From positions 4,096,001-4,160,000 of the forward strand of contig CAXXKJ010000002.1 of the NCBI GenBank assembly GCA_963675295.2: a DNA stretch of 64,000 nt, in the 5' to 3' direction. The translations under genes and the position numbers were made by a program. The notes beneath the pieces are model-generated. The model worked only from the letters and a program-made list of their open reading frames with translations, searched no databases and was not told the DNA's origin. Origin of the DNA: a bacterium. GTDB lineage: Bacteria > Electryoneota > Electryoneia > Electryoneales > Electryoneaceae. Positions within the stretch are counted from its first letter, which is position 1. Each line of letters opens with the position of its first letter. Below, in pieces: positions 54,908 to 64,000 of this stretch.

Positions 54908-57900
54908 ATGAAGTCTGTACTCGTTTCGAAACGAATTGCATCGGGAATCGGAGTTCTTGCAGCCTTCGCCCTGACGCTGGTGTTTTTCGCCTCGCCGTCC
55001 CCGGCCCAGGTCCCCGCCGACAGCAGCGGCACGCTCTATGTCGTCGGCACCTCCCACCTCGACACCCAGTGGCGATGGACGATCCAGGAGACGATCAACG
55101 AGTACCTCCCCGCCACGATGCGCGAGAACTTCGCCCTGTTCGACCAGTTCCCTGACTACACCTTCAGTTTCGAGGGCTCGTTCCGTTACCGGCTGATGCA
55201 GGAATACTACCCCGCCGAATTCGAGCGCTTGAAGGAGTACATGAAGCAGGATCGCTGGCGTGTCTGTGGCAGCTGGGTCGATGCGGTGGATGTGAATATC
55301 CCGTCCCCGGAATCCCTGGTCCGGCACACGCTTTACGGCAATGGCTATTTCCGTGAGGAACTCGGCCAGTCCAGCGTCGACATCTACCTGCCCGATTGTT
55401 TCGGATTCGGGTATGCGCTCCCGTCAATTGCCAAACACAGCGGCCTGCGTGGTTTCTCGACACAGAAGCTGACCTGGGGCAGTTGGGTCGGGACACCGTT
55501 CGATATCGGCCGCTGGCGGGGTGTTGACGGCAGCGAGATCATCGCAGCGGTCAACCCGGACGCGTACGTCAGCAAATTGCGGGTTGATCTCTCGGCGGAC
55601 AGCGCGTGGCGTGCGAATGTCGAACGACAGCGTGACGTCTCCGGCCTCGCGGTCGGCTACAAATATTTCGGCGTCGGCGATACCGGCGGTGGCCCGGACT
55701 CGACCTCAGTGGCGATGCTCGAGCAGGCGATCAACAATCCCACCGGTCCATTGACGGTGGAAAGCGTCGCGGCTGATCACCTCTACCGCGTCATGACCGA
55801 CGAGCAGATGGCGCAGCTTCCGCTCTACGACGGCGAGTTATTGATGACCCGTCACGGCGCCGGCTGCTACACCTCGCAGTCGACGATGAAGCGCTGGAAT
55901 GTACAGAACGAGCAGCTCGCGCAGGCGGCGGAACGTGCGGCGGTATTGGCACACTTGCTCGGCGGGTACGAGTACCCGCGTGAAACCCTGCGCGAGGCGT
56001 GGGAACGCTTCCTCTGGCACCAGTTCCATGATGATCTCACCGGTACCTCGATCCCGGAAGCGTACCAGTTCTCGTGGAACGATGAGTTGCTGTCGTTGAA
56101 CCAGTTCAGCGAGGTGCTCAAGGACGCCGTCGGGTCGATCATCCCGGCGCTGGACACCGATGTCGAGGGCATGCCGGTCGTGGTCTACAACCCGGCCAAT
56201 GTGGGCGGAGTGTTCACTGCGGAAGCAAAGTTACGTTTCGACGGCCCCATGCCCGAACACCTGATCGCGGTTGCACCGAACGGTCAGTCCGGCCCGGTGC
56301 AGCGGCTGGCGCGTGACGGGAACACGATGCATGTTGCGTTCGACGCCAATGTGCCCTCGATCGGGTTCGCGGTTTATGATCTCCGCGCCACGGATACGCC
56401 GTTGGAATCAAAATTCGGGACGATCAAACCGTTCGCCAAGCCGCATGAGCTGGTCGGCGGCGACCTCCGGGTTTTGATCGATGACAATGGCGACATCACC
56501 AGCATCACGTATCTCGCGGGTACGGGTGGGAACGAGCTGCTGCGCTCGGTTCGCTATGCGATTTACGAGGATTCGCCCAACCGCTGGGCGGCGTGGGAAG
56601 TTGATTACGACGACCTGATGGCTGAACCGAAAGGGTACCTCGCGGGACCGGCAGAGATTACGGTCATCGAGGATGGTCCGGTGCGTCAGGCGGTGGAGAT
56701 TGTCCGCCACTACAATGAGTCCGATTTTCGGCAGATCGTGCGGCTCAGCGCCAACGGCCTCGAGGTGGAAAACGTCATTGACTGGCGTGAAACCGGCAGC
56801 CTGCTGAAGGTGGAGTTTTATCCGCGTGCGATGACGGAGGAAGTGGTGTACAACCTTGGCGTCGGCGAGATCAAGCGCGGTGTCAACACCGAGAAACGCT
56901 ACGAAGTCCCGGCGCAGAACTGGGCCTACATGGCACGCGAGGAATACGACAGCTTCTTCGGCCTCGGTGTAGTTTCCGACAGCCGCTTCGGTTGGGATCA
57001 TCCCGATGACAAAACCCTGCGTCTCACCCTGCTGCACACCCCGGAGGTAAACAGCAACTGGCGCTGGATCGAGGATCAGCGTTCCCAGGACATCGGCGTA
57101 CACCACACTGGATTCAAGCTGGTGCCGTACGCCTCCACTGATCTGATGGTCCGCGCCTCCGCGAACTACCTGCAGCCGTTGCGCACCTTTGCCGCCGATC
57201 GAACTCCCGGCGCGCTTGGCAAGGAGTTCTCGCTGCTCGATCCGAAGGGAGAAGTGAAGCGGTTCATGCCGGTGAAACAGCGCGGAGTAGTCACGTCCGT
57301 CAAGATGGCTGAGCACAGCGACGAAATCATCGTGCGCGTGCAGAACCAGTCAGACGGTGAGCAGCGAGACCTGCACCTGCAGTTCGCCACGCCGGTTGTC
57401 AGCGCGCGTGAGGTGAACGGCCAGGAGCAGGAAATTGGTCCGGCAACAGTGTCCAACGGCCAGCTGGTGTACGATATCGGCGCATACCAGCCGAAAGCTT
57501 TCGCGGTGGCGCTGGAACCCCTGTCCGCCAGCACATCGCCGCTGCTCTCGATTCCGCTGCCACTGCCGTACAACCATGATGGCATCAGCTTCGACAGCAA
57601 TCGCACTGACGGCGACCTCGACGGCCGCGGCTTCACTATCCCCGGCGAGTTGTGGCCGGAAGTGATCACGCGGGAAGGCATCCAGTTCCTCACCGGTCCG
57701 CCGGACGATGGCCAGATGAACCTCGTGCGTTGCGAGGGCCAGACGATTTTCATTCCCGGCCATCACGACGGCGCGCAGCTGGTGCTGCTGGCGGCGTCCA
57801 CCAATGGCCACCGTACAGCCGAATTCCGTGCGGACACAGAACGAATTCGCCCACGGATCAACGCTATCGACGGATTCGTCGGCCAGTGGAATAGTCGCCT

Positions 57901-58861
57901 GATCGACGGCCGCTTCGTCGAGGATCCGGACCAGATTCTGCCAGCGTGGATCGAACGCGAACCGGTCGCGTGGGTCGGGACTCACCGTCACACTCCGGAC
58001 GGAGAGAACGAAGCGTACACGTTCAACTATTTTTACAAGGTTGTGCTGCCGCTCGATGGCGAAACCGAGACGGTGAAGTTCCCTGACGATCCGAATGTGA
58101 TCATCGCCGCCGTCTCGCTGGTCGATAATCCTCGCTCGGTGGAACCAGGATTACCCTTGTATGACGCAGCTTCCGCCGTCTTCCCGACCGTAGAGAATAC
58201 GACCTTTGCGTTTGCGAAATCTGCGGATGTGGTGCTCAGTTGCCGCTGGGCTGACGCTGACATCTTCTACACACTGGACGGTTCCACCCCAACGCCGGAA
58301 TCCATCCCGTACTCCGATCCGTTCGTGCTCGATGAGACGACGACAGTCAAGGCGATCGCGGTGTTGGACGGGTACGATTCACCAGTAGTCACCGCTCAGT
58401 TTGAACGGTTGGTGCCCCGCTCGTCGATGCAGGTCGACAACCCGCGACCGGGTCTGGCCTGTGCGTTGTACCTCGGCGAATGGGACAACCTGCCTGATTT
58501 CTCGACGCTGCAACCGGAAATGACAGTCACCGCGACGGAAATCGCGCTCCTTCCAGACGCCCCTGATGAACGATTCGCACAAGTTTATACAGGCTTTCTG
58601 CACATTCCTGAAACCGGCATGTATACACTCGGTTTGACGTCCGACGACGGCAGCCGGATGTACCTGTACGACGACCTGCTGATCGAGAACGACGGGGTAC
58701 ACGGTTCAGTGGAAGTCACTGCTGCGGTGATGTTCGAAGCGGGGTACCATCCCATCCGGATCGAATTTTTCCAACGTCTGGGTGGGATTGCTCTGTCGGC
58801 AAGGATCGTCACACCTGAAGGTGCTTCCATGCCGATTGCGGATAATTGGCTGGCTCGTTAG
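54908..58861 (+). CDS. Secreted GH38 alpha-mannosidase with C-terminal Fn3/CHB_HEX-like and PA14 domains
   Basis: SHLDTQWRW, YLPDCFG, GVGDTGGGP, QFHDDLTGTS; IFYTLDGSTP; LTSDDGSR...IENDGVHG...GYHPIRIEFFQ. Confidence 0.9.
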   Translation: MKSVLVSKRIASGIGVLAAFALTLVFFASPSPAQVPADSSGTLYVVGTSHLDTQWRWTIQETINEYLPATMRENFALFDQFPDYTFSFEGSFRYRLMQEYYPAEFERLKEYMKQDRWRVCGSWVDAVDVNIPSPESLVRHTLYGNGYFREELGQSSVDIYLPDCFGFGYALPSIAKHSGLRGFSTQKLTWGSWVGTPFDIGRWRGVDGSEIIAAVNPDAYVSKLRVDLSADSAWRANVERQRDVSGLAVGYKYFGVGDTGGGPDSTSVAMLEQAINNPTGPLTVESVAADHLYRVMTDEQMAQLPLYDGELLMTRHGAGCYTSQSTMKRWNVQNEQLAQAAERAAVLAHLLGGYEYPRETLREAWERFLWHQFHDDLTGTSIPEAYQFSWNDELLSLNQFSEVLKDAVGSIIPALDTDVEGMPVVVYNPANVGGVFTAEAKLRFDGPMPEHLIAVAPNGQSGPVQRLARDGNTMHVAFDANVPSIGFAVYDLRATDTPLESKFGTIKPFAKPHELVGGDLRVLIDDNGDITSITYLAGTGGNELLRSVRYAIYEDSPNRWAAWEVDYDDLMAEPKGYLAGPAEITVIEDGPVRQAVEIVRHYNESDFRQIVRLSANGLEVENVIDWRETGSLLKVEFYPRAMTEEVVYNLGVGEIKRGVNTEKRYEVPAQNWAYMAREEYDSFFGLGVVSDSRFGWDHPDDKTLRLTLLHTPEVNSNWRWIEDQRSQDIGVHHTGFKLVPYASTDLMVRASANYLQPLRTFAADRTPGALGKEFSLLDPKGEVKRFMPVKQRGVVTSVKMAEHSDEIIVRVQNQSDGEQRDLHLQFATPVVSAREVNGQEQEIGPATVSNGQLVYDIGAYQPKAFAVALEPLSASTSPLLSIPLPLPYNHDGISFDSNRTDGDLDGRGFTIPGELWPEVITREGIQFLTGPPDDGQMNLVRCEGQTIFIPGHHDGAQLVLLAASTNGHRTAEFRADTERIRPRINAIDGFVGQWNSRLIDGRFVEDPDQILPAWIEREPVAWVGTHRHTPDGENEAYTFNYFYKVVLPLDGETETVKFPDDPNVIIAAVSLVDNPRSVEPGLPLYDAASAVFPTVENTTFAFAKSADVVLSCRWADADIFYTLDGSTPTPESIPYSDPFVLDETTTVKAIAVLDGYDSPVVTAQFERLVPRSSMQVDNPRPGLACALYLGEWDNLPDFSTLQPEMTVTATEIALLPDAPDERFAQVYTGFLHIPETGMYTLGLTSDDGSRMYLYDDLLIENDGVHGSVEVTAAVMFEAGYHPIRIEFFQRLGGIALSARIVTPEGASMPIADNWLAR

Positions 58862-61800
58862 ACGCTGTCCAGTGCGTCGCGTACGTGCTTAAGCAGGGTT
58901 TCAATGGTGAATGGTTTCTGCAGAAACTTGAACTTGGTTTCGTCGATGCCCTGCTTACGCACCACATCACTGGGATAGCCGGACATGAACAAGGCTTTCA
59001 AGTTCGGATACCTCGATCGCACCTGGTTGTAGAAATGAATACCGTTTGTTTTCGGCATCACAACGTCTGTGAGCAACAGATCGATCTTATCATGGATGTT
59101 TTCCAGCATGAACGATGCTTCATCCGGGTTTTCCGCAGAATAAACATTGTACCCACGCTTGGTTAAGATTTTGACGGCCATCCGTTTCACACTAGGCTCA
59201 TCTTCTATCACAAATATAGTTTCCGTGCCATTGTAGGACAATTTCTTCTGGTTTTCTTCTTTTGCTATCCGTTCTGGATGAACTGTAATTGGCAACATGA
59301 TGATGAACTTTGTGCCACGATTGGGCTTACTCATCACCTGAATATCACCATGATGCTGTTTTACGATACCGTGGACTGTGGATAGCCCCAGTCCTGTCCC
59401 TCGACCCAACTCTTTTGTCGTAAAGAATGGGTCAAATATCTTAGTCAGAATGCGCTTTTCTATCCCAATCCCATTGTCTGATACAATGATCTTGGCATAC
59501 TTACCAGCTTTTAACCCTCTATTCTGAATCATATCAGAGATGAATGCTTCCTCAGTTGTAATCGTGATCTGCCCACCCTGTGGCATGGCATCCTGTGCGT
59601 TGATACAAAGATTCATCAATACCTGCTCCATCTGAACCTTATCGATAGAGAGTACAAGTTCGGCTTCGGACATAACAAAATTCATTTCGATATCTTCACG
59701 AATTGTACGACGTAAGATTGGCGTGAATTCCTTTATTAACTTGGTAAGATCAACCATTTTTAGCTGCAGCACCTGTTTCCTGCCAAATGCGAGTAGTTGC
59801 TTGACCAGATCCCGAGCTCGTTCAGCAGTGTCCAGGATCTCCTCTAGCTCAACATAATCCCGATCATCTTTCTGCATGGATTGAAGAATCATTTCTGTAT
59901 TTCCGAATATTGGGGTCAATAGATTATTGAAGTCATGAGCAATACCACCAGCGAGATGGCCGATTGATTCAATTTTTTGTGCTTGACGTAGCTGCTCTTC
60001 CAGCTTTTTCTGTTCGGTTACGTCTTCCACCATGCCGATACCACTGATGATTTCATCATTATCATTGCGGATAGCTTGAAGATGTACACGAATTGGTGTA
60101 GTTTTATTAGATGTTACAGAACGATAGATCCCTTCATAGTATCCATTGCCGTTTACCAATGATATGCGTATTTGTTCAAGCATATCCTGATCATTCAGTC
60201 TCTCATACATGTTCATACCGACTAATATATCTTTTGTCGAACCAATAATATCCACAAAACGATCATTGCAATCGATAATAACTCCTATTCGGTTATAATG
60301 AAAAATACCAATGGGCGAATTATTAAAAATACCCTTATATCTTTCTTCACTGTCTCGTAATGCCTCTTCTGCCATTTTACGATCGGTAATATCACGACCT
60401 ACACCAATAATCGAAACCACATTTTTATCAGCATCCAATATTGCCGTGTCCAGCCAGGCGAGCCAGCGCCAACCTCGCACGGTTTTTGCTCTCTGTTCCA
60501 TATATTCTCGGTAGGGAGGACTGAAAACGCGCGCAAAGGCCTCTTTCGTAGGTTCACGATCAGCCTCGTGGACAAAGGGGATAAATCGGGTACCAAGCAA
60601 TTCCTCCTCTGTTTTACCAAACAGATCGCAATAGGATGGGCTGGCAAATTCGAACTGGCCTTCAGGATCGACTCTGACAATCAGATCGGTCTGGTTTTCA
60701 ATCAGGATGCGGTATTTCTCTTCACTATGACGCAACGCGTCTTCCGCTTCCTTTCGGCTGGTAATGTCGCGTAGAGCGGAAATACGTACTTTACGTCCCT
60801 GGTATTCCATCGTTCTTGCTTGGATCTCGCAGGGGAAGGTCGAACCATCTTTCCGCAGTCCAATAGCTTCATACGGACCTTGGGCATTGTTCAACATGTT
60901 CTTAAGGATACGATCGCGATCCTGTTCAATAAACCACTCAGATCCTTTACGCCCGACTGCTTCATCCCGTGTATATCCAAACATTCGTTCAGCTGTCAGG
61001 TTTTGATCGATGCAGACAGCATTTTCCGAAATGACAATCGATTCGAACGAGGCGTCCGATAACGCACGGATACGTTTTTCACTTTCAACCAGTTTCTTTT
61101 GGGCTTCTTTTCGTTCTGTGATATCAACCAGAGCGCCAACAATATCGACCGTCTTTTCTTCGCTCACAACTGGTGTTTCATAGACTTCCACCCAAACGAT
61201 ACGACCCTTTTTACCAATTAATTCCAGTTCATATGGAGGTTGCTGTTCACCGGTTTCAATCGCCCTCATTGTAGATTTAAAACCTTCTTCATTAATTGGA
61301 TTATCAGTCGCAAATTCTGTCCAGAGAATCATCGCTTCTTCTGGATCGCAGTCAAAGAAGTTTCGTGTCTGATGAGTAATGAATGTAAGCTGATGGTTTG
61401 TATCATGAGCATAAAACAGGTTAGAACTGTGATCTACAATGTGTCGCAATTGTTTTTCACGTTCCTGAAGATCACGAAGGGCATTAACACGTTCTGTAAC
61501 ATCCTTGATCACACCAACAATGCTATTAGGATTTCCATCAGCATCTCGGATCAAAGAGACAGATATTTCCGCATCAAATAAAGTACCATCTTTTCGGATA
61601 ACTTTATAATAAAAATTCCGCAATACATTTTTTCTCAGAAGTTTTCTTCGATAAACCCGCAGATATTTTAGATCTTCTCTTCTAAAATGATGGAATGAGA
61701 ATACTCCTCGTACTTCTTCAATAGAATCATAGCGGAACAATTTCAATGTCATGTAATTGCAGTCTATTACACGTGCATTTGCATCCATCAGTACAATAGC

Positions 61801-62334
61801 ATCTGGTGATGAATTAAAAATATTCTTAAGCATCTCACGACTTTTAATAATACTGTTTTCTTTTTCCACAAGAGCCGTGATATCATGCGCATAGGTGAGA
61901 ACGCTTTCAACATTACCGTTCTCATCTTTCAGCGGATATAGCTCCCACGACCATTGAGTGATTTGATTTTTAACCGGCATGGTAAATTCGCGGAGAATGG
62001 ATTTGCCGGTCTCGAAAACTTCGCGCAAACTGGTTTCGAAATAGTCTTTCAGGTGAGCGTGAAAAACCATGTCCTCATGACTGAGTCCAATGATATTCTG
62101 CAGCGGGCTGTGGGTATAACGGGCAAAGGCGGGACTGATGAACGTGAGACGCATGTTCTTATCGAACCGCATCATGACGTCCGTGGAATACTCAGCAAAA
62201 AGACGATAGTTTTCGACTTCCTGAGGCGTCAATTCCGCGTATGGCACATGCTTCGCTTTCAGCGTTTCAACTTCCTGCCGTAACGCGTCAAGCTCAGCAA
62301 TCAGCTGTTCTTTGGTCTTTTTGGCATCTTCCAT
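58858..62334 (-). CDS. Hybrid sensor histidine kinase (six PAS, HisKA, HATPase, REC)
   Basis: Six PAS/PAC units ending in DIT/DVT; LAGGIAHDFNNLL; NLCINAQDAM; DPFFTTK..G.GTGLGL; LLLTDVVMP; AT-rich core. Confidence 0.93.
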   Translation of the reverse strand: MEDAKKTKEQLIAELDALRQEVETLKAKHVPYAELTPQEVENYRLFAEYSTDVMMRFDKNMRLTFISPAFARYTHSPLQNIIGLSHEDMVFHAHLKDYFETSLREVFETGKSILREFTMPVKNQITQWSWELYPLKDENGNVESVLTYAHDITALVEKENSIIKSREMLKNIFNSSPDAIVLMDANARVIDCNYMTLKLFRYDSIEEVRGVFSFHHFRREDLKYLRVYRRKLLRKNVLRNFYYKVIRKDGTLFDAEISVSLIRDADGNPNSIVGVIKDVTERVNALRDLQEREKQLRHIVDHSSNLFYAHDTNHQLTFITHQTRNFFDCDPEEAMILWTEFATDNPINEEGFKSTMRAIETGEQQPPYELELIGKKGRIVWVEVYETPVVSEEKTVDIVGALVDITERKEAQKKLVESEKRIRALSDASFESIVISENAVCIDQNLTAERMFGYTRDEAVGRKGSEWFIEQDRDRILKNMLNNAQGPYEAIGLRKDGSTFPCEIQARTMEYQGRKVRISALRDITSRKEAEDALRHSEEKYRILIENQTDLIVRVDPEGQFEFASPSYCDLFGKTEEELLGTRFIPFVHEADREPTKEAFARVFSPPYREYMEQRAKTVRGWRWLAWLDTAILDADKNVVSIIGVGRDITDRKMAEEALRDSEERYKGIFNNSPIGIFHYNRIGVIIDCNDRFVDIIGSTKDILVGMNMYERLNDQDMLEQIRISLVNGNGYYEGIYRSVTSNKTTPIRVHLQAIRNDNDEIISGIGMVEDVTEQKKLEEQLRQAQKIESIGHLAGGIAHDFNNLLTPIFGNTEMILQSMQKDDRDYVELEEILDTAERARDLVKQLLAFGRKQVLQLKMVDLTKLIKEFTPILRRTIREDIEMNFVMSEAELVLSIDKVQMEQVLMNLCINAQDAMPQGGQITITTEEAFISDMIQNRGLKAGKYAKIIVSDNGIGIEKRILTKIFDPFFTTKELGRGTGLGLSTVHGIVKQHHGDIQVMSKPNRGTKFIIMLPITVHPERIAKEENQKKLSYNGTETIFVIEDEPSVKRMAVKILTKRGYNVYSAENPDEASFMLENIHDKIDLLLTDVVMPKTNGIHFYNQVRSRYPNLKALFMSGYPSDVVRKQGIDETKFKFLQKPFTIETLLKHVRDALDSV

Positions 62335-62432
62335 TACGTTCCCGGAAGTTCGGTGGAATGTCGCAAAATATCACATTTAAATCCCAAATATAGCACAGGA
62401 GAGTATAAGGTTATCAAGCTTGATTGTACAAC

Positions 62433-63044
62433 TCACAAAGTGTCAACCCCTTGTAACCAGTACCGTTGCGTGCTTCTTTCGGCGTAGCCAGTGGCAACGC
62501 GTACAATTCCGACGCTCTCAAACAAACCGCCGATCAGGGAGTTGACCGGCGGCTTGATGTTCTGCGCGACGGCGTACGCGTAGTCGCTGATGTCGGACGC
62601 TACCCGCACCTGAATCCGGTCTGTGATCATGAAGTCGGCCTCCGGCCGTCCGTCGCTGCCGCCGTTGTCTTCCGGCGAGTCATAGTAGTCGCCGAGCATC
62701 ATGTAGGCGGCATGTAGTTCGAGATCCATGAACACGCGCAAGGTGTAGCGCAGGTTGAGGTTGACCTCGGTGAAGATGTCGTTCACCTACACCGGCGCGA
62801 CGTACTTGAACGACTGTCCGAGCAGGATCGAACCCGGACCGGGCAGGCGTGTGCCGAGAATCGCCGAGATGAATGAGGCGGATATCATATCATGCGCGAC
62901 CCGTCGGCCGAAGATGGACTTCATCGCGGCTTCGTCGTCGAGATGGATCGGATTCAGATCGTCGACGGCGACCGCGAAGTTGCGGATGCGCTGATCATCG
63001 ACCACGGCGGTCAACTGCGCGCTGTCACCCACGTTCCATTTCAT
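62433..63044 (-). pseudogene. MaoC/PhaJ-like dehydratase interrupted by an in-frame TAG and continuing into an unrelated-looking fragment
   Basis: DLNPIHLD..A...FGRRVAH.M...LGTRLPGPG...Q.FKYVAPV, then TAG (62787-62789) where Tyr/Phe is expected; the usual AHG is AHD. Confidence 0.65.
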
Positions 63045-63129
63045 CTCAACCTCTGTTCAAACGGAGTGTCATGCTCACTCCATCGTCTGTCTCAATCCGA
63101 AGATTCTGCGGGAAACGTTCATTCTGAAC

Positions 63130-63938
63130 CTGCGCTGTCCGGTTTATCCTGACGGAGGGATCGGTTGTTGTTTATGGTTTGTTTTTGTTCGTCGTTTGGT
63201 TCTTTGAAAGTCTTACCGCACAAGGGCTATCGGCATTTTTGCATGAATCTGTGTTGCCAGCGCAGTGAGTAGATGCTGGGTGGAGATGGCTCGTCCTGCC
63301 TGCTGTTGCAGGACGCGTATCAGCAGATACGCGAACATGGCGATTCAGATCTGCGTGAGTACGGTGTTTTGATCGGTCCCGAAGAAGGTCTTGATCCTCA
63401 GGTGTTGCTTGATCCACTTGAAGAAGAGTACGATCTGCCATCGTTGACGGTAGAGGTCGACGATGATCATGGGATCATGGTCGAGCAGGGTGTGCAGCCG
63501 CACCGCCCCTTTCCGGGCCCGGAAATGCGCCGAGAGAAAGAGGCTGATGGGCACGGAAATCGAGGTCACATCCAGCGAAAACAGCTTACCCGGCAGATCG
63601 AATTCGTGTTTCGAAAGCAAACGGTCGTAGATGGGTAGCGGCTGAAAAAACAGATCCTGGTAATACGTCCAATGGACGTGTCGATTGGCGTCGGCCAGGG
63701 TGGAGCGTCGCGCGGGCTGCACACCCTGTCGCTGCAGGGCAGCCAGACGGGTGGCGTGCTCGTTTTTCCGTAGCGGCATCAGCCCCTGCAATTGGGCCAG
63801 CAGCAACGCAGAAAACTGAGCATGGGCCGTAAAGGTGCAGCCCCCCTTGTATGCCTGATGCTTGGTGGCGAGACTATCAAAGAGCGCCTTCGGAACCATC
63901 CGATTCACCTGGCTGAAAACCGTCGTATGTTGTGCCAT
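63130..63938 (-). mobile_element. Degenerate IS4-family element (transposase pseudogene)
   Basis: N-terminal VFSQ...RSTLADAN...LD.TSI...KGAVRLH joins directly to LYRQRWQIVLFFKWIKQHLRIK (internal deletion, catalytic Glu now Val); TGA replaces the Trp of QIW; candidate end TAAACCGGACAGCGCAG near 63130-63146. Confidence 0.85.
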
Positions 63939-64000
63939 GGCTTAATCCTCCGGTCGTGGCTGAGAAAACGTCGGCAAACGCTATCTCAACGCACGGCTTG

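Noticed and set aside
62787-62789. Pyrrolysine or programmed amber readthrough in the MaoC-like gene
   Set aside because: The gene has other degenerate changes (AHD for AHG), the downstream sequence soon stops resembling MaoC, no pyl genes are visible, and other genes in the window use TAG as a normal stop.

Overview
A 64-kb, mostly GC-rich chromosomal window from a diderm bacterium. Four secreted proteins end in a (Y/H/W)PNPFN-type T9SS/Por-like C-terminal sorting domain, so an FCB-group lineage is likely (inference). From left to right it contains: the 3' end of kbl; three tandem paralogous secreted alpha/beta-hydrolases; beta-propeller/LVIVD surface proteins, some with AT-rich cores; a MarR-RND efflux module; a nucleoside deaminase; an MFS transporter; a GNAT-racemase-Na+/solute symporter operon; a pgsA-like gene, mscS and typA. 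The most notable part is a ~10-kb minus-strand redox module. It comprises an OrpR-like sigma54 activator with a CX8CX3C PAS motif, a clear -24/-12 promoter, a NifX/orange-protein-like fusion, DsrK/HmcF-, DsrM/HmcE- and HybA/HmcB-like subunits, an NrfD subunit fused to a six-haem cytochrome c, a Cys-PAS kinase and two receiver proteins. Next to it lies a haem operon (hemE-N-H-Y-ccsA-A-B-L) that lacks hemC and hemD. The right part holds a CNNM/CBS protein, a sugar ABC transporter with a GH38 mannosidase, a six-PAS hybrid kinase, and a decayed end with a MaoC pseudogene and an IS4 remnant. Intergenic DNA is rich in REP-like palindromes and 7-bp tandem arrays, and one palindrome pair sits in frame inside the MFS gene. 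I saw no rRNA, tRNA or CRISPR array. All calls come from motif recognition by eye; no database searches were run.
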